Source of the DNA: Thermodesulfobacteriota bacterium
GTDB lineage: Bacteria; Desulfobacterota; Desulfobacteria; Desulfobacterales; SURF-7
Assembly: GCA_049320885.1 (NCBI GenBank)
Contig: JBMORA010000033.1
Coordinates: 1-64,000 of the forward strand
DNA: 64,000 nucleotides
Direction of reading: 5' to 3'
This document shows positions 18,506 to 29,595 of the stretch, piece by piece. Made by a program: the position numbers and the translations under genes. The stretch's first letter is position 1. Each line of letters begins with the position of its first letter. The notes below the pieces were generated by a model. It was not told where the DNA came from and made no database searches. It was given only the letters and a program-made list of their open reading frames with translations.

Positions 18506-19842
18506 TGAAACCGGCGGGAACCGCCCCCCTCAACCAGGCAGAAAAAAACACCCCTGTCAAAAATCCCGTTACCGCCCTGGTTGCCGATGCCCGGGGAAAG
18601 ATATTCGAACTCGAGGGATACGGCGCCGTCGGCATGGCCGGGAAAGTCCTCACCCCGCTGACCGGCGACCAGATGATTCCCATGCCCCATGGAAGCGAGC
18701 TGATGATGCTGCCGGACCGCGCTCCCGTTCTTTTCAACCTGGAGCGGCAACGCCTGGAAACGATTCACGACAATCCCTTCCGGCCGAAAGAGGCGATTTT
18801 TCCGGTGGCGGCCTTTCACTCCCCGGGATACATGAACGCCTTTACCTGCGCGTATGAAGAGAGAGCCTCGGCCGGGATCCTGCCACTTTTTGCTTACGGC
18901 GCCGTGGGATGGCAGCGGAACGGATTTCAATCGGCCGTGATCCGGGTCGACAAGGAACGGCGCCAGGACCTGCGGTTGATGCCCCTGGAAAAGGTGAAAA
19001 CCGGCGTGAAACAGATGCGAAGCCAGATGCCGGCGAATCGTCTTCGCCGGCATCTGGAAAAATGCGCCCTGACCTACGGCTGCCCGGCCGCCAAAAATTT
19101 TTTTCTCGGCCGGTTCGAAGCCCCGCTGCCGACGGCAAGACAATGCAATGCCGGCTGTCTCGGCTGCATTTCCCTCCAAAAAAAGGAAACCGGCGTCAGC
19201 AGCCCCCAGGAACGCATCGATTTCGAGCCGACGCCGGACGAAATCAGCGAAATCGCCGTCCGCCACATCCGGCGGGTCCGGAACGGCGTCGTCAGCTTCG
19301 GCCAGGGATGCGAAGGCGATCCTCTGCTGGCGGCGGATGTCATCATTCCGGCCATCCGCCAAATCCGCCGCATCACTTCTGCCGGCACCATCCATATGAA
19401 CACCAATGGCAGCCGGACCGATATTCTGGACCGGCTGTTCGACGCCGGGCTGGACAGCGTGCGGATCAGCATCAACAGCTTTCGTCCCGAATGCTACCAT
19501 GCCTACTTCAACCCGGCGGGATACGGATTCGAAAACGTGATGGCCAGTATCGCCCTGGCCGGAAAAAGGGGAAAGTTCGTCTCCATCAATTATCTCAACT
19601 GCCCCGGCGTCACGGATGCGCCGGAGGAAGTGCGGGCCCTGCTGGATTGTTTAGACCGGCACCCGGTGAATATGATCCAGTGGCGCAATCTGAATTACGA
19701 CCCGCTTCGTTACTGGCGGATGATGGACACGGCGGCGCATCTCGGCCGGCCAACGGGCATGCGGATCCTGCTGCAGACCGTCCAGCGGCGTTTTCCGGCT
19801 GTCCGCCACGGCTATTTCAACCCTCCCAGGGAAAATTCCTAA
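18505..19842 (+). CDS. radical SAM protein
   Basis: CNAGCLGC; SFGQGCEGDP. Confidence 0.9.
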   Translation: MKPAGTAPLNQAEKNTPVKNPVTALVADARGKIFELEGYGAVGMAGKVLTPLTGDQMIPMPHGSELMMLPDRAPVLFNLERQRLETIHDNPFRPKEAIFPVAAFHSPGYMNAFTCAYEERASAGILPLFAYGAVGWQRNGFQSAVIRVDKERRQDLRLMPLEKVKTGVKQMRSQMPANRLRRHLEKCALTYGCPAAKNFFLGRFEAPLPTARQCNAGCLGCISLQKKETGVSSPQERIDFEPTPDEISEIAVRHIRRVRNGVVSFGQGCEGDPLLAADVIIPAIRQIRRITSAGTIHMNTNGSRTDILDRLFDAGLDSVRISINSFRPECYHAYFNPAGYGFENVMASIALAGKRGKFVSINYLNCPGVTDAPEEVRALLDCLDRHPVNMIQWRNLNYDPLRYWRMMDTAAHLGRPTGMRILLQTVQRRFPAVRHGYFNPPRENS

Positions 19843-19899
19843 AGGAATTGAAGTAATTGTCCGATAAGTATTATAAATCAATATGCAAAGGTGAACCCC

Positions 19900-20193
19900 A
19901 TGGATATCGTGATCGGATCAGTGCCCACCATCGGCAAACAGGAAAAAAAGCGCAGCCCGGGAGAAGAAATGTTTATCGAGGCCCAGGTGTTGAATGTGCG
20001 CCATCCCCGGAAACCTTACGGCCTGCCGCCGGAAAATGTGCAGGATCGACGCCAGAAAATCGCGACTCCGGACCCGGCCCGGGGAAAGATCATGACCATA
20101 CTCATTCCGGAAGCCTACAGCATCCCCCAAGACGCGGCCTCGGGGAAGTACAGAATCCTGTTGCGGTTCGTGCATAAGCGGCAGGGCATATGA
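19900..20193 (+). CDS. hypothetical protein
   Basis: ORF between the two radical SAM genes; AAGGTG upstream of the ATG. Confidence 0.5.
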   Translation: MDIVIGSVPTIGKQEKKRSPGEEMFIEAQVLNVRHPRKPYGLPPENVQDRRQKIATPDPARGKIMTILIPEAYSIPQDAASGKYRILLRFVHKRQGI

Positions 20194-20217
20194 AAGGCAT
20201 GGAAGCGGCCCCGTGAA

Positions 20218-21822
20218 ATGACCGACATATTGCTGATCCAGCCGCCCGTTCAGGATTTCTACCTGACCGTCAAGCGCACCATGCCGTATGGGCTGGCGTG
20301 CATAGCGGCCGCTCTCAGGGCTGCGGGCTTCACCGTCGATCTGTTCGACGCCCTGGCGACCCACAAAACGCGGCCCCTTTCCCGGCCGCCGGAAATGGCC
20401 TTTCTGGAACCATATTACGGCCGGCCGGATTGCTCACCCTTCGCCCTTTTCCACCAGTTCCGCCATTTCGGTTACAGCCTTGAACGCATCGGCGCCGCGG
20501 CGCGCGACTCCGGGGCGTTCCTGATCGGCATCTCCTCTCTTTTCACCGCTTACAGCGACATGGCCCTGCGCACGGCGGAAACCGTCAAGGCCTTCCATCC
20601 CCGCTGCCGCATAGCAGTGGGCGGTCATCATCCAACGGCATTGCCGGAAGCGGTCATGGCGCATCGGGCCGTGGATTATGTTCTGCGCGGCGAAGGAGAG
20701 GTTTCCATGCCCATGCTGGCCCGGGTCCTGCAACGGGGCGGTGATCCCGCCGGAATTCCGGGAATCGTGTTCCGGCGCACCGACGGGACCCTGCATATAA
20801 GCGCGCCCGCCCTGATGCCGGATATCGACGCTTCGCCCCCGCCGGCCATGGATTTGGTGAAGCATTCCTTTTACCAGCGGAAAAAGGCGGGCAGCACCGT
20901 CATCGTCGGCAGCAGGGGCTGTCCCATGTCCTGCCGCTATTGCGCCGTTGCCGGCTGGCCATACCGCCGTCGCAGCGTCTCCGGCGTGATGGAGGAAGTC
21001 ACCCGGGCGGTGGATCGTTACGGGGTCCGTTTCATCGATTTCGAGGATGAAAACCTGTCCCTTGAAAAAAAATGGTTCGCCGAGTTGCTGGACAGGATCG
21101 CCGGGCGCTTCGGCAACCTCGGGATAGAGCTGCGCGCCATGAACGGATTATATCCGTCCACCCTGGATATGGATCTCCTTGTCCGGATGAAAAAAGCCGG
21201 ATTTCGAGCCCTCAATCTGTCACTGGGCTCCGTGGATCCGGAACAGCTGCAGCGGTTTCAACGGCCGGACAGCGGAACCGCCTTTGGAAAAACGGTTCAG
21301 CAGGCGCGTCTGCTTGGCCTGACCGTGACGGGTTACATCATCGTCGGCGCCCCCGGTCAATCGCCGGAAACATCCGTGGACGACCTCCTGTACCTTGACG
21401 GCCTGGGGGTTTTGGCCGGAGTGTCCGCCTATTATCCCGCGCCGGGAAGCAGGGACTTCCAGCATCTTGGAAGTTCCAGCCGACTGCCGGATGACCACCG
21501 GCTGATGCGCGGAAGCGCTCTTTCCGCTTTCGGACCCGCCACCCGGGAAGAAATCGCAACCCTTCTGCGCCTGGGACGGATCCTCAATTTCATGCGCCTG
21601 CTGTCGGAGCCGCAGCAACGCCCGGGGGAAACGAATCAGGAACGCACCGCCCTCGGATATCGCCTGCTGCAGGACTTTTTTCAGGACGGCTCGATCCGCG
21701 GGATCACTCCGGACGGGGAGGAATACGCCCACCGGATTTCCAGCAAATTGACCGCGCGGTTCATCGCCGGGATAAAACGCCGCCGGGAACCGTTCACCGG
21801 TTTCAGGGCGGGAAACCCGTGA
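20218..21822 (+). CDS. B12-binding radical SAM protein
   Basis: PYGLACIAAAL, GGHHPT, GEGE, RGCPMSCRYC. Confidence 0.9.
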   Translation: MTDILLIQPPVQDFYLTVKRTMPYGLACIAAALRAAGFTVDLFDALATHKTRPLSRPPEMAFLEPYYGRPDCSPFALFHQFRHFGYSLERIGAAARDSGAFLIGISSLFTAYSDMALRTAETVKAFHPRCRIAVGGHHPTALPEAVMAHRAVDYVLRGEGEVSMPMLARVLQRGGDPAGIPGIVFRRTDGTLHISAPALMPDIDASPPPAMDLVKHSFYQRKKAGSTVIVGSRGCPMSCRYCAVAGWPYRRRSVSGVMEEVTRAVDRYGVRFIDFEDENLSLEKKWFAELLDRIAGRFGNLGIELRAMNGLYPSTLDMDLLVRMKKAGFRALNLSLGSVDPEQLQRFQRPDSGTAFGKTVQQARLLGLTVTGYIIVGAPGQSPETSVDDLLYLDGLGVLAGVSAYYPAPGSRDFQHLGSSSRLPDDHRLMRGSALSAFGPATREEIATLLRLGRILNFMRLLSEPQQRPGETNQERTALGYRLLQDFFQDGSIRGITPDGEEYAHRISSKLTARFIAGIKRRREPFTGFRAGNP

Positions 21823-22043
21823 TTCTGTCCGGCGAAACCCGGAGGAAATCCATCCCGGCCGCGGGATCTTTTTACCTTGCCTCTTGCGGGTTCGTATGAT
21901 AAGGATGCAGAGATAGACCTGACAATTATAATTATATCATATCAACTGCTTATAAAAAGCAACCGGGCTTATGGCTACAATGCCCCGGAACGCCTGATGG
22001 ATTTCCGAATTCCGGCCGGATTATGGATTCAAGGGGGCTGCTG

Positions 22044-22427
22044 ATGGAAAAAAAGATTCTGATCGTCGACGATGAAAAAATGATCCGGGATATGCTGGAA
22101 AAGGCGTTCACACGGGAAGGATATGTTACCCGCAGCGCGGAAAGCGCCGAAGACGCCCTGGATTTGCTGGCCCGGGAGAAAATCAAAGTCATGTTTCTGG
22201 ACCTGAAACTGCCGGGAATGAACGGCCTGGAACTCTGCCGCCAGATCCGGTCGGAAAACCCCATGTCCATCATCTATGCCGTAACCGGATATGCTTCCCT
22301 GTTTGAATTGTCGGATTGCCGGGACGTCGGCTTTGAGGATTACTTCACCAAGCCGGTCGATTTAAAGACCCTGTTCAAAGCCGCCAGCGATGCCTTCGAT
22401 AAAATCATCCGCTGGGAAAAGCACTAG
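22044..22427 (+). CDS. single-domain response regulator
   Basis: ILIVDDE, FLDLKLPG, TKP. Confidence 0.9.
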   Translation: MEKKILIVDDEKMIRDMLEKAFTREGYVTRSAESAEDALDLLAREKIKVMFLDLKLPGMNGLELCRQIRSENPMSIIYAVTGYASLFELSDCRDVGFEDYFTKPVDLKTLFKAASDAFDKIIRWEKH

Positions 22428-22467
22428 CGCCCCTCTCCTTCGTTCGGGATGGATCCAGATTCCATGG

Positions 22468-22932
22468 CTATGCATGGTCCTTGGGAAAAAGCCGCCCTTT
22501 CCGTGGATGGATTTCGATGACGAAGACCAACTTGTTGCCCTTTTCATTATACCAGAAGAGATCACTGTATTTGCGGATAATCGCCAGCCCCCGGCCATGA
22601 TCGCTTTCCAGCAGGGGCTCTTTTCGCCGGGCCGCCCGCCAGTCGAATCCGTCGCCTTCGTCCTCAATCTCCGCGATCAGCCGGTTCTCGCTGATCACCA
22701 ACTGATAGTGAATGAGCTTGTCGCATATGAACCCATGCCCGTGCTTGACCGCGTTGGTCATTCCCTCCCGCATGCCGAGGCAAACGGCGAACACGGCGGG
22801 TTCAAGCCCCTTTTCCATCAAAAAAAGCCTGGTTTCTTCATCGGCAAGATCAATATTCTCCAGACGCGAGGAGCAGGTGATGGACAGCTGGTCCCGATGC
22901 TTAATGATATTGAATATGGAATTTTTCTGCAT
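22468..22932 (-). CDS. RsbW-like anti-sigma/Ser kinase (HATPase_c_2)
   Basis: EGMTNAVKHG, DEGDGFD, GRGLAII, NEKGN. Confidence 0.85.
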   Translation of the reverse strand: MQKNSIFNIIKHRDQLSITCSSRLENIDLADEETRLFLMEKGLEPAVFAVCLGMREGMTNAVKHGHGFICDKLIHYQLVISENRLIAEIEDEGDGFDWRAARRKEPLLESDHGRGLAIIRKYSDLFWYNEKGNKLVFVIEIHPRKGRLFPKDHA

Positions 22933-22955
22933 GGTTGTGTCCGGCTTACCCCCCG

Positions 22956-24077
22956 CTAGATTTCGACTCCCAGTACGACCAGATCATCCTCGGCCCTATT
23001 ATCCTCCGGCCGCAGCATCCCCACGATCCGCCGGGGGGCTTCCTCAATGGACGCACCTCGCACTTCATTGCATGCAAACAGGATATCATCCAGTTTTTTG
23101 GCCCATACATTTCGATGCTGAAGGGATTCCGTCAATCCGTCCGAATACAGAAAAAACCTGTCGCCGGAAGCCACCGCCAGTTGCCGTTGTCCGAGGCAGA
23201 CATCCTTGAAAATCCCCAGAATGTCCCCTTCCAGTTTGATAAATTCCGCCTCGCCGTTTTTCGGAATGTACACCATCGGGGGGTGTCCGGCGTTGATCAG
23301 GACCAGTTGCCCGGCTTTGCGGTTCAGTCGCGCATAACATGCGGTGAGATATTTCCCTTCCGGCAGAATTTCCACCAGCACATCGTTGATCATCTTGATG
23401 CTTTCGAGGGGCTGGTAAATCGGAGAGGCGTTCTGTTTCAACAGGGCCTTGATGGACGCGGTCAGATAACTGGTTTTGATGTCATGACCGGAAAAGTCCG
23501 CCAGAAAATAGCCGAATATATCCGGCGTAACCGCCAGAACGTCGTAAAAATCCCCGCCGGCTTCCTCCAGCGTATGATAATAGACACCGAAATTCGCTTT
23601 CGGCTGCATGGCCGGCGTGGTCAGCATGGAAACCTGGGCCTCGGTGATCTGTTTCAATCTTTCCGCCTGGGCGGCGATCATGGAATTGGTGGCGATGGAA
23701 AGCTTCAGGTGCAGGCGCACTCTTGCCAGTACTTCCCGGGGATGAAACGGTTTGGTGATATAATCGACGGCTCCGAGCTCGAATCCCGACAGCTTGGCAT
23801 CGATTTCGCTGACGCCGGTCAGAAAAATCACCGGAATGGCGGAGGTGGCGGCATTGTTTTTCAGGGCCTTGATGACCTCGAAACCATCTTCCCCCGGCAT
23901 GCGGATATCCAGCAGAATGAGATCCGGACGTTCCTCCAGAGCGGCTTTTCGGGCTGCCGGGCCGTCAGCGGCCGCGATAACCCGGTAGCCTTCCTTGGTC
24001 AATGTCGTTTCGAGCAGCTTTACGTTGACCGGAGTGTCGTCAACGACAAGAATGGAAAAAGGATGGTTGGAATCCAT
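22956..24077 (-). CDS. receiver + PP2C (RsbU/SpoIIE) phosphatase
   Basis: REC domain, then GGDFYD, ADFSGH, NAGHP, YSDGL, DDL. Confidence 0.9.
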   Translation of the reverse strand: MDSNHPFSILVVDDTPVNVKLLETTLTKEGYRVIAAADGPAARKAALEERPDLILLDIRMPGEDGFEVIKALKNNAATSAIPVIFLTGVSEIDAKLSGFELGAVDYITKPFHPREVLARVRLHLKLSIATNSMIAAQAERLKQITEAQVSMLTTPAMQPKANFGVYYHTLEEAGGDFYDVLAVTPDIFGYFLADFSGHDIKTSYLTASIKALLKQNASPIYQPLESIKMINDVLVEILPEGKYLTACYARLNRKAGQLVLINAGHPPMVYIPKNGEAEFIKLEGDILGIFKDVCLGQRQLAVASGDRFFLYSDGLTESLQHRNVWAKKLDDILFACNEVRGASIEEAPRRIVGMLRPEDNRAEDDLVVLGVEI

Positions 24078-24095
24078 GATGGTTTTGCCGGTGTT

Positions 24096-24425
24096 TCAAG
24101 AGGGCTGCAAATCGTTCAGGGCTTTTTCAACGGCCTCCAGTTTTTCCGTCAGCACGGTGAGGCGTTCCGTCATGAAGTGGGGCTGCTTGTTGTTAGCATT
24201 CTTTTCCAATTCCCTGGCCTCGGCGGCGAGAACGGAAAAACCGAGATTGCCCGCCGAGCCTTTCAGGGAATGGGCGGTTTCTTTTATCGCTTCATAATCC
24301 CCGTCAGCCAGAGACGCCTGGATACGAAGAATGTCGTTACGGGCCGTCTCCAGGAAAAGCTGCACCAATTCACTGAATTCACGGATATCCAAGCCCAGGT
24401 TGGCGGCCAGCTCCTGAAATTGCAT
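24096..24425 (-). CDS. Hpt domain protein
   Basis: AHSLKGSAGNLG. Confidence 0.9.
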   Translation of the reverse strand: MQFQELAANLGLDIREFSELVQLFLETARNDILRIQASLADGDYEAIKETAHSLKGSAGNLGFSVLAAEARELEKNANNKQPHFMTERLTVLTEKLEAVEKALNDLQPS

Positions 24426-24556
24426 GCACTATTCCTCCCGAGGTTGCGGTAGGCCGCTCCGCCGTAAAATCATTGCGGAAGCGACATAATACACTATCTT
24501 AGCGGACGGGATAATCGATTGCAATACCCAATATTGAACAGCGATAAGGTTGGGGG

Positions 24557-24606
24557 TTGACAAATACCATTCCAGCCGCTATCATATCAAGAAATCTAGA
24601 TATGAT
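24557..24606 (+). promoter_or_regulatory. sigma70 promoter overlapped by a SahR-type operator
   Basis: TTGACA-N17-TATCAT; palindrome ATCATATC-AAGAAATCTA-GATATGAT at 24581-24606. Confidence 0.8.
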
Positions 24607-24609
24607 AAT

Positions 24610-25524
24610 ATGAAACCCATTGCCTATTTCAAAGCCCTTTCCGACAGTACCCGCGTCCGCCTGGTCAACGCCCTTGGAGATCACGAACTGAGCGTCAACG
24701 AGATGGTATCGCTGCTGGGAATGGGTCAATCCCGGATTTCCCGCCATCTCAGGATACTGATGGACGCCGGATTTCTTCGATGCCGGAGGGACGGCGCCTG
24801 GGCTTTCTATGGCATCAGTCCGGATGGCGAGGCCAGACGACTGCTGGAGGCTGTTCAATTCACCCTTCAAGACGAACCGTTGTTGCTGGCAGACCGGAAG
24901 AGGGTTTCCACTTTGGTGGAAGACCGCCGGCGGAATACCATGCATTTCTTTGATACCATCGCCCCGGACTGGGATCTGCTCAAACAGGAAATCATCGGCG
25001 ACGTCGATCTGAACGGCGCCATCGCGGACTGGATTCCGCCCGGCGTCACGGTGGTGGATCTGGGCTGCGGCACCGGAGATTTCCTGGTGGTTGCCGCCGC
25101 CCGGGCGGGCAAAGCCATCGGTGTCGACAGTTCCGCCAAAATGCTGGAGCTGGCCCGGCGGAGATTCCAGGGAAACCGCAACAAACCGGAATTCCGCCTG
25201 GGGGAATTGGAACATCTGCCCCTGGGAGACGGTGAGGCGGACTGCGCCGTGGTTTCCATGGTTCTCCATCATGTCCCGGATCCCGGCACGGCCATCGCCG
25301 AAATCAGGCGCACCCTGAAACCGGGAGGCCGGCTGCTCATAGCGGAACTGGAAAAACACGGCAGCGAAGAAATGCGGGAGCGCTTCGGGGACCGATGGCT
25401 GGGATTCAGCCGTCATGAAATGGAGCAATATCTGAGCGGCAACGGTTTTGTATTGGATACGCAGCGTTCCCTCGCGTTACGGAAATCGCTGTGTCTGGGA
25501 TTATTTATTGCATTGAAATCATAA
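24610..25524 (+). CDS. sahR: ArsR-HTH + methyltransferase regulator SahR
   Basis: [27 protein letters not shown]; directly upstream of ahcY. Confidence 0.85.
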   Translation: MKPIAYFKALSDSTRVRLVNALGDHELSVNEMVSLLGMGQSRISRHLRILMDAGFLRCRRDGAWAFYGISPDGEARRLLEAVQFTLQDEPLLLADRKRVSTLVEDRRRNTMHFFDTIAPDWDLLKQEIIGDVDLNGAIADWIPPGVTVVDLGCGTGDFLVVAAARAGKAIGVDSSAKMLELARRRFQGNRNKPEFRLGELEHLPLGDGEADCAVVSMVLHHVPDPGTAIAEIRRTLKPGGRLLIAELEKHGSEEMRERFGDRWLGFSRHEMEQYLSGNGFVLDTQRSLALRKSLCLGLFIALKS

Positions 25525-25543
25525 CTTATTCAGGAGAAAACAG

Positions 25544-26998
25544 ATGACTTCACCCACCTTTTCGACCAACGGCAACAATTTTTTGGAACTGGATCTGACC
25601 CTGCCCTACCGGGTGGCCGACATCTCCCTGGCGGATTTCGGCAACCGGGAAATGCAGCTGGCGGAAAATGAAATGCCCGGCCTGATGGCTGTCAGGGAAA
25701 AATATGGCCCGAAGAAACCATTGAAGGGACTGAAAATAATGGGAAGCCTCCACATGACCATTCAGACCGCCATGCTCATCGAGACCCTGAAGGCGCTGGG
25801 AGCCGATATCCGCTGGGCGACCTGCAACATTTTTTCCACCCAGGATCATGCCGCCGCCGCCATTGCCAAGAACAAGTCCGCCGCCGTGTTTGCCTGGAAA
25901 GGCGAAACCCTGCAGGAATTCTGGTGGTGCACGGAACAGGCCCTGGTCTGGCCGGACGGTTCGGGCCCGGATCTGATCGTGGACGACGGCGGTGATGCCA
26001 CCCTGTACGTCCATCAAGGCGTGGCCGTGGAAAAGGACCCCTCCCTGCTGGACCAAAAATACACCAACGCGGACATGCACTGCCTGATGGAAAGACTGGC
26101 GGCGTCCCATCGCCGCAATCCGGAATTCTGGACAAGCATTGCCGCCAGGATCCGGGGGGTTTCCGAGGAAACCACCACGGGGGTGCATCGGCTCTATCAT
26201 CTGGCCAGGGAAGGCAACTTGTTGTTTCCGGCGATCAATGTCAACGATTCCGTCACCAAGTCCAAATTCGACAATCTTTATGGCTGCCGGGAATCCCTGG
26301 CCGACGGCATCAAACGGGCCACGGATATCATGATCGCGGGCAAGGTCGTGGTGATCTGCGGTTATGGCGATGTGGGCAAGGGCTGCGCCCAGTCCATGCG
26401 CGGCTTCGGTGCCCGGGTGCTCATCACCGAGGTGGATCCGATCTGCGCGCTCCAGGCGGCCATGGAAGGCTACGAGGTGGTGACCATGGAAGCGGCCGCG
26501 CCCCTGGGCGACATTTTCGTGACCGCCACCGGCTGTATCGACGTCATCACCGGTGCCCATATGGAACAAATGAAAAACGAGGCTATTATCTGCAATATCG
26601 GCCATTTTGATAACGAGATCCAAATGGGGTACCTGCAAAACAACCCGAAGTGCCAACGGCTGACCGTCAAACCCCAGGTGGACAAATGGACCCTGCCTTC
26701 CGGACGGTCGCTGGTGGTGCTTGCCGAAGGCCGCCTGGTCAACCTGGGTTGTGCAACCGGGCATCCCAGCTTTGTGATGAGCAACAGTTTCACCAACCAA
26801 TGCCTGGCCCAGATGGAGCTGGCCGCCAAGCCCCACGAGAAAAAAGTGTATACCCTGCCCAAGACCCTGGATGAGGAAGTGGCGCGTCTTCACCTGGCCA
26901 GACTGGGCGCAAACCTGACCCGTCTGAGCGCTTCCCAGGCGTCTTATCTCGGGGTTCCGGTGGACGGACCGTTCAAGCCGGATCATTACCGGTATTAA
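25544..26998 (+). CDS. ahcY: adenosylhomocysteinase
   Basis: [33 protein letters not shown]. Confidence 0.97.
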   Translation: MTSPTFSTNGNNFLELDLTLPYRVADISLADFGNREMQLAENEMPGLMAVREKYGPKKPLKGLKIMGSLHMTIQTAMLIETLKALGADIRWATCNIFSTQDHAAAAIAKNKSAAVFAWKGETLQEFWWCTEQALVWPDGSGPDLIVDDGGDATLYVHQGVAVEKDPSLLDQKYTNADMHCLMERLAASHRRNPEFWTSIAARIRGVSEETTTGVHRLYHLAREGNLLFPAINVNDSVTKSKFDNLYGCRESLADGIKRATDIMIAGKVVVICGYGDVGKGCAQSMRGFGARVLITEVDPICALQAAMEGYEVVTMEAAAPLGDIFVTATGCIDVITGAHMEQMKNEAIICNIGHFDNEIQMGYLQNNPKCQRLTVKPQVDKWTLPSGRSLVVLAEGRLVNLGCATGHPSFVMSNSFTNQCLAQMELAAKPHEKKVYTLPKTLDEEVARLHLARLGANLTRLSASQASYLGVPVDGPFKPDHYRY

Positions 26999-27108
26999 CC
27001 GCCGCTTTCGGCTCGGGCGGTTGACTTGAATCCGGGGCGGACTTATGTTCGTACAAATGTTCGATACCGATGTGCTTGACCGGACAACCCACTATAAAAG
27101 GGGGTGCG

Positions 27109-28569
27109 ATGATGGAAGCCCTGATAAGACTGCCCGAACTGGAAAAAAAACGATCCGAAAACGAACAGATCCACTACATGGACCATATATTCGACACCCA
27201 GAAAGCTGCTTTTGAACGAAATCCGGTGCCGGACGCCGGGGAACGCATCCGGCACCTGACAACCCTCAAGGAAAAACTGCTCGAACATCAGGAAGCGATC
27301 ATTGCGGCCATCGACCAGGATTTCGGCGGCCGCTCCCGGAATGAGTCCCTGCTGGCTGAAATCCTTCCCAGCGTGGAAGGCATCCGCTACACCGTGAAGC
27401 GGGTGCGGAAATGGATGCAGCCTTCCCGCCGGAAAGTCGGCCTGCTCTTTCAGCCGGGCGGCGCCCGCGTGGTTTACCAGCCCCTGGGCCTGGTCGGTAT
27501 TATTGTTCCCTGGAATTATCCGGTTTATCTGGCGCTGGGCCCTTTGACCGGCGCCCTTTCGGCCGGCAACCGCGTCATGATCAAGATGAGCGAATACACA
27601 CCCCGAACGGCCGCCGCCCTGAAAAAAATGCTATACGAGGCCTTTGACGAAGACCATGTGGCGGTGGTGACCGGCGAAGCGGACGTGGGCGTGGCTTTCT
27701 CCCGCAAGCCCTGGGATCATCTGGTCTTTACCGGTTCCACTGCCGTGGGACGGCAGGTGATGAAATCCGCGGCGGACAACCTCACACCGGTGACGCTGGA
27801 GCTGGGCGGCAAATCTCCCGCCATTATCGGACCGGATGCGCCCATCCGGGATGCGGCACAGCGGATTGCCTTCGGCAAGGTATTCAATGCAGGCCAGACC
27901 TGCGTGGCCCCGGATTACGTGCTCTGCCCGCGTGGGGCGGTGGACCGCTTCGTGGAAAGCTTTTCCTCGGCGGTTGCCGGCATGTATCCCTCCTTGGTGG
28001 ACAACCCGCATTACACCGGCATCATCAATGAGCGTCAACACCAGCGCCTTCAGGGCCTGGTGACGGACGCCGCCGAAAAAGGCGCGCGGATCACGACCAT
28101 CAACCCGGCGGGGGAGGATTTCTCGGAGACCCGCAAAATGCCGGTCCGGGTGATGACGGAAGTGGACGAATCCATGCGGATTCTCCAGGAAGAAATCTTC
28201 GGACCGCTGCTGCCGGTGATTCCCTACGATACGCTGAAGGATGCGGTGGCTTACGTCAACAAGCATCCCCGTCCGCTGGCCCTCTATTACTTCGATTACG
28301 ATCGGGAAAAAGTGGACTATGTGGTATCCAGAACCTTTGCGGGCGGAATGGTGGTCAACGACACCCTCGCCCACGTGGCCCAGGACGATCTGCCCTTTGG
28401 CGGAGTCGGCCCCTCGGGGATGGGGGAATACCATGGGCATGAGGGATTCCTGGCGTTTTCCAAGGCCAAGGGTGTCCTCTACAAACAGCGCCTGAACAGC
28501 ACCGGATTGATCTATCCCCCCTACGGACGATGGATCCACCGGCTGATTTACCGGTTGTTCCTGCGATGA
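27109..28569 (+). CDS. coniferyl-aldehyde-dehydrogenase-like ALDH
   Basis: PWNYP, FTGST, LELGGKSP, NAGQTCVAPDY, EEIFGP. Confidence 0.9.
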   Translation: MMEALIRLPELEKKRSENEQIHYMDHIFDTQKAAFERNPVPDAGERIRHLTTLKEKLLEHQEAIIAAIDQDFGGRSRNESLLAEILPSVEGIRYTVKRVRKWMQPSRRKVGLLFQPGGARVVYQPLGLVGIIVPWNYPVYLALGPLTGALSAGNRVMIKMSEYTPRTAAALKKMLYEAFDEDHVAVVTGEADVGVAFSRKPWDHLVFTGSTAVGRQVMKSAADNLTPVTLELGGKSPAIIGPDAPIRDAAQRIAFGKVFNAGQTCVAPDYVLCPRGAVDRFVESFSSAVAGMYPSLVDNPHYTGIINERQHQRLQGLVTDAAEKGARITTINPAGEDFSETRKMPVRVMTEVDESMRILQEEIFGPLLPVIPYDTLKDAVAYVNKHPRPLALYYFDYDREKVDYVVSRTFAGGMVVNDTLAHVAQDDLPFGGVGPSGMGEYHGHEGFLAFSKAKGVLYKQRLNSTGLIYPPYGRWIHRLIYRLFLR

Positions 28570-29342
28570 AGGAAAACGAAAACCCGGAAGGGGCCTATAC
28601 GTTTCGCCCCATCGGCTATTTTCATTCCTGTTTCAAGGAAAAATTCGGCATTCCCCGCCAGCCGGGCATCGTGGAAAACGCCCGGGGCCAGCTGGAGCTG
28701 TTGCCGGACCACGGCAGTCCGGATACCGTGCGGGGACTGGAGGATTTTTCGCATATCTGGCTGCTGTTCGTTTTCCACGCCGTGACGCATCGGCGGCAAC
28801 GGACGACGGTCCGGCCGCCGCGACTCGGCGGCAACCGCCGGATGGGCGTCTTTGCCACGCGCTCGGGATTCCGGCCCAATCCCATCGGCATGTCCGTGGC
28901 GGAACTGGAAGGCATCTCGCGCCGGCAAGGAAGTCTGCTGCTGCATCTGAAGGGGATCGATCTGTTGGACGGAACGCCGGTCCTGGATGTGAAGCCGTAC
29001 CTGCCTTACGCCGACGCGGTCATGAAAGCCACCGGCGGGTTTGCCGAAACGGAGCAGCCGCCCCTGCTGCGCGTTGAATTCGATCCGGAGCCTCTCCGGC
29101 ATTGCATGGACCGGGAGGCGGCCGATATTCCGGAACTGCACCGCTTCATCGTCCAGATGCTGGAAAACGATCCCCGGCCGGCTTACCACCGGAAACATCC
29201 TCAACCGAAAACCTTCGGTACGAAGGTCTTCGATCTGGAGGTGAGATGGGTCGTATCGGGAGATCAGGCGCGGGTGATTGAAATCCGGCAGCAGCCGGTG
29301 CCGCATGAACCCGGCATCATCGCCGCCAGAAAAAACTGCTGA
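28566..29342 (+). CDS. tsaA: tRNA m6t6A37 methyltransferase TrmO/TsaA
   Basis: KFGIPRQPG, VRPPRLGGN, RPNPIG, DGTPVLDVKPY. Confidence 0.92.
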   Translation: MKENENPEGAYTFRPIGYFHSCFKEKFGIPRQPGIVENARGQLELLPDHGSPDTVRGLEDFSHIWLLFVFHAVTHRRQRTTVRPPRLGGNRRMGVFATRSGFRPNPIGMSVAELEGISRRQGSLLLHLKGIDLLDGTPVLDVKPYLPYADAVMKATGGFAETEQPPLLRVEFDPEPLRHCMDREAADIPELHRFIVQMLENDPRPAYHRKHPQPKTFGTKVFDLEVRWVVSGDQARVIEIRQQPVPHEPGIIAARKNC

Positions 29343-29595
29343 TCACCAGGAGAACACCGCCGATGACAAAACAGACGAGGTAAATCGGTAAATCCAGAAA
29401 CCAGTCCGCCCCGCGCTGCATTCCATACCAGCCGATGGTGTCCATGCGGTCGATGAAATCCATGTTGAAAAGGTCTATCATGTGCAGGGTTTTATAGACC
29501 GATTTCGGGGTCATGACCGATTGGATCGCCTGGTAACCGAGGGCCATGAATCCGAACAGACAACTGATGATACCGGCGATGGCAATTCTTGACAT
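29317..29595 (-). CDS. small two-TM hypothetical protein
   Basis: Hydrophobic ends; GGAGG upstream. Confidence 0.65.
   Translation of the reverse strand: MSRIAIAGIISCLFGFMALGYQAIQSVMTPKSVYKTLHMIDLFNMDFIDRMDTIGWYGMQRGADWFLDLPIYLVCFVIGGVLLVISSFFWRR

Noticed and set aside
19857..19885. dif site
   Set aside because: GTCCGATAA resembles a XerC arm but there is no TTATGT-type XerD arm at the right spacing.
27045..27064. LexA box upstream of the aldehyde dehydrogenase
   Set aside because: CGTAC-N4-GTTCG is an imperfect Gram-positive-type box before a non-SOS gene; insufficient support.
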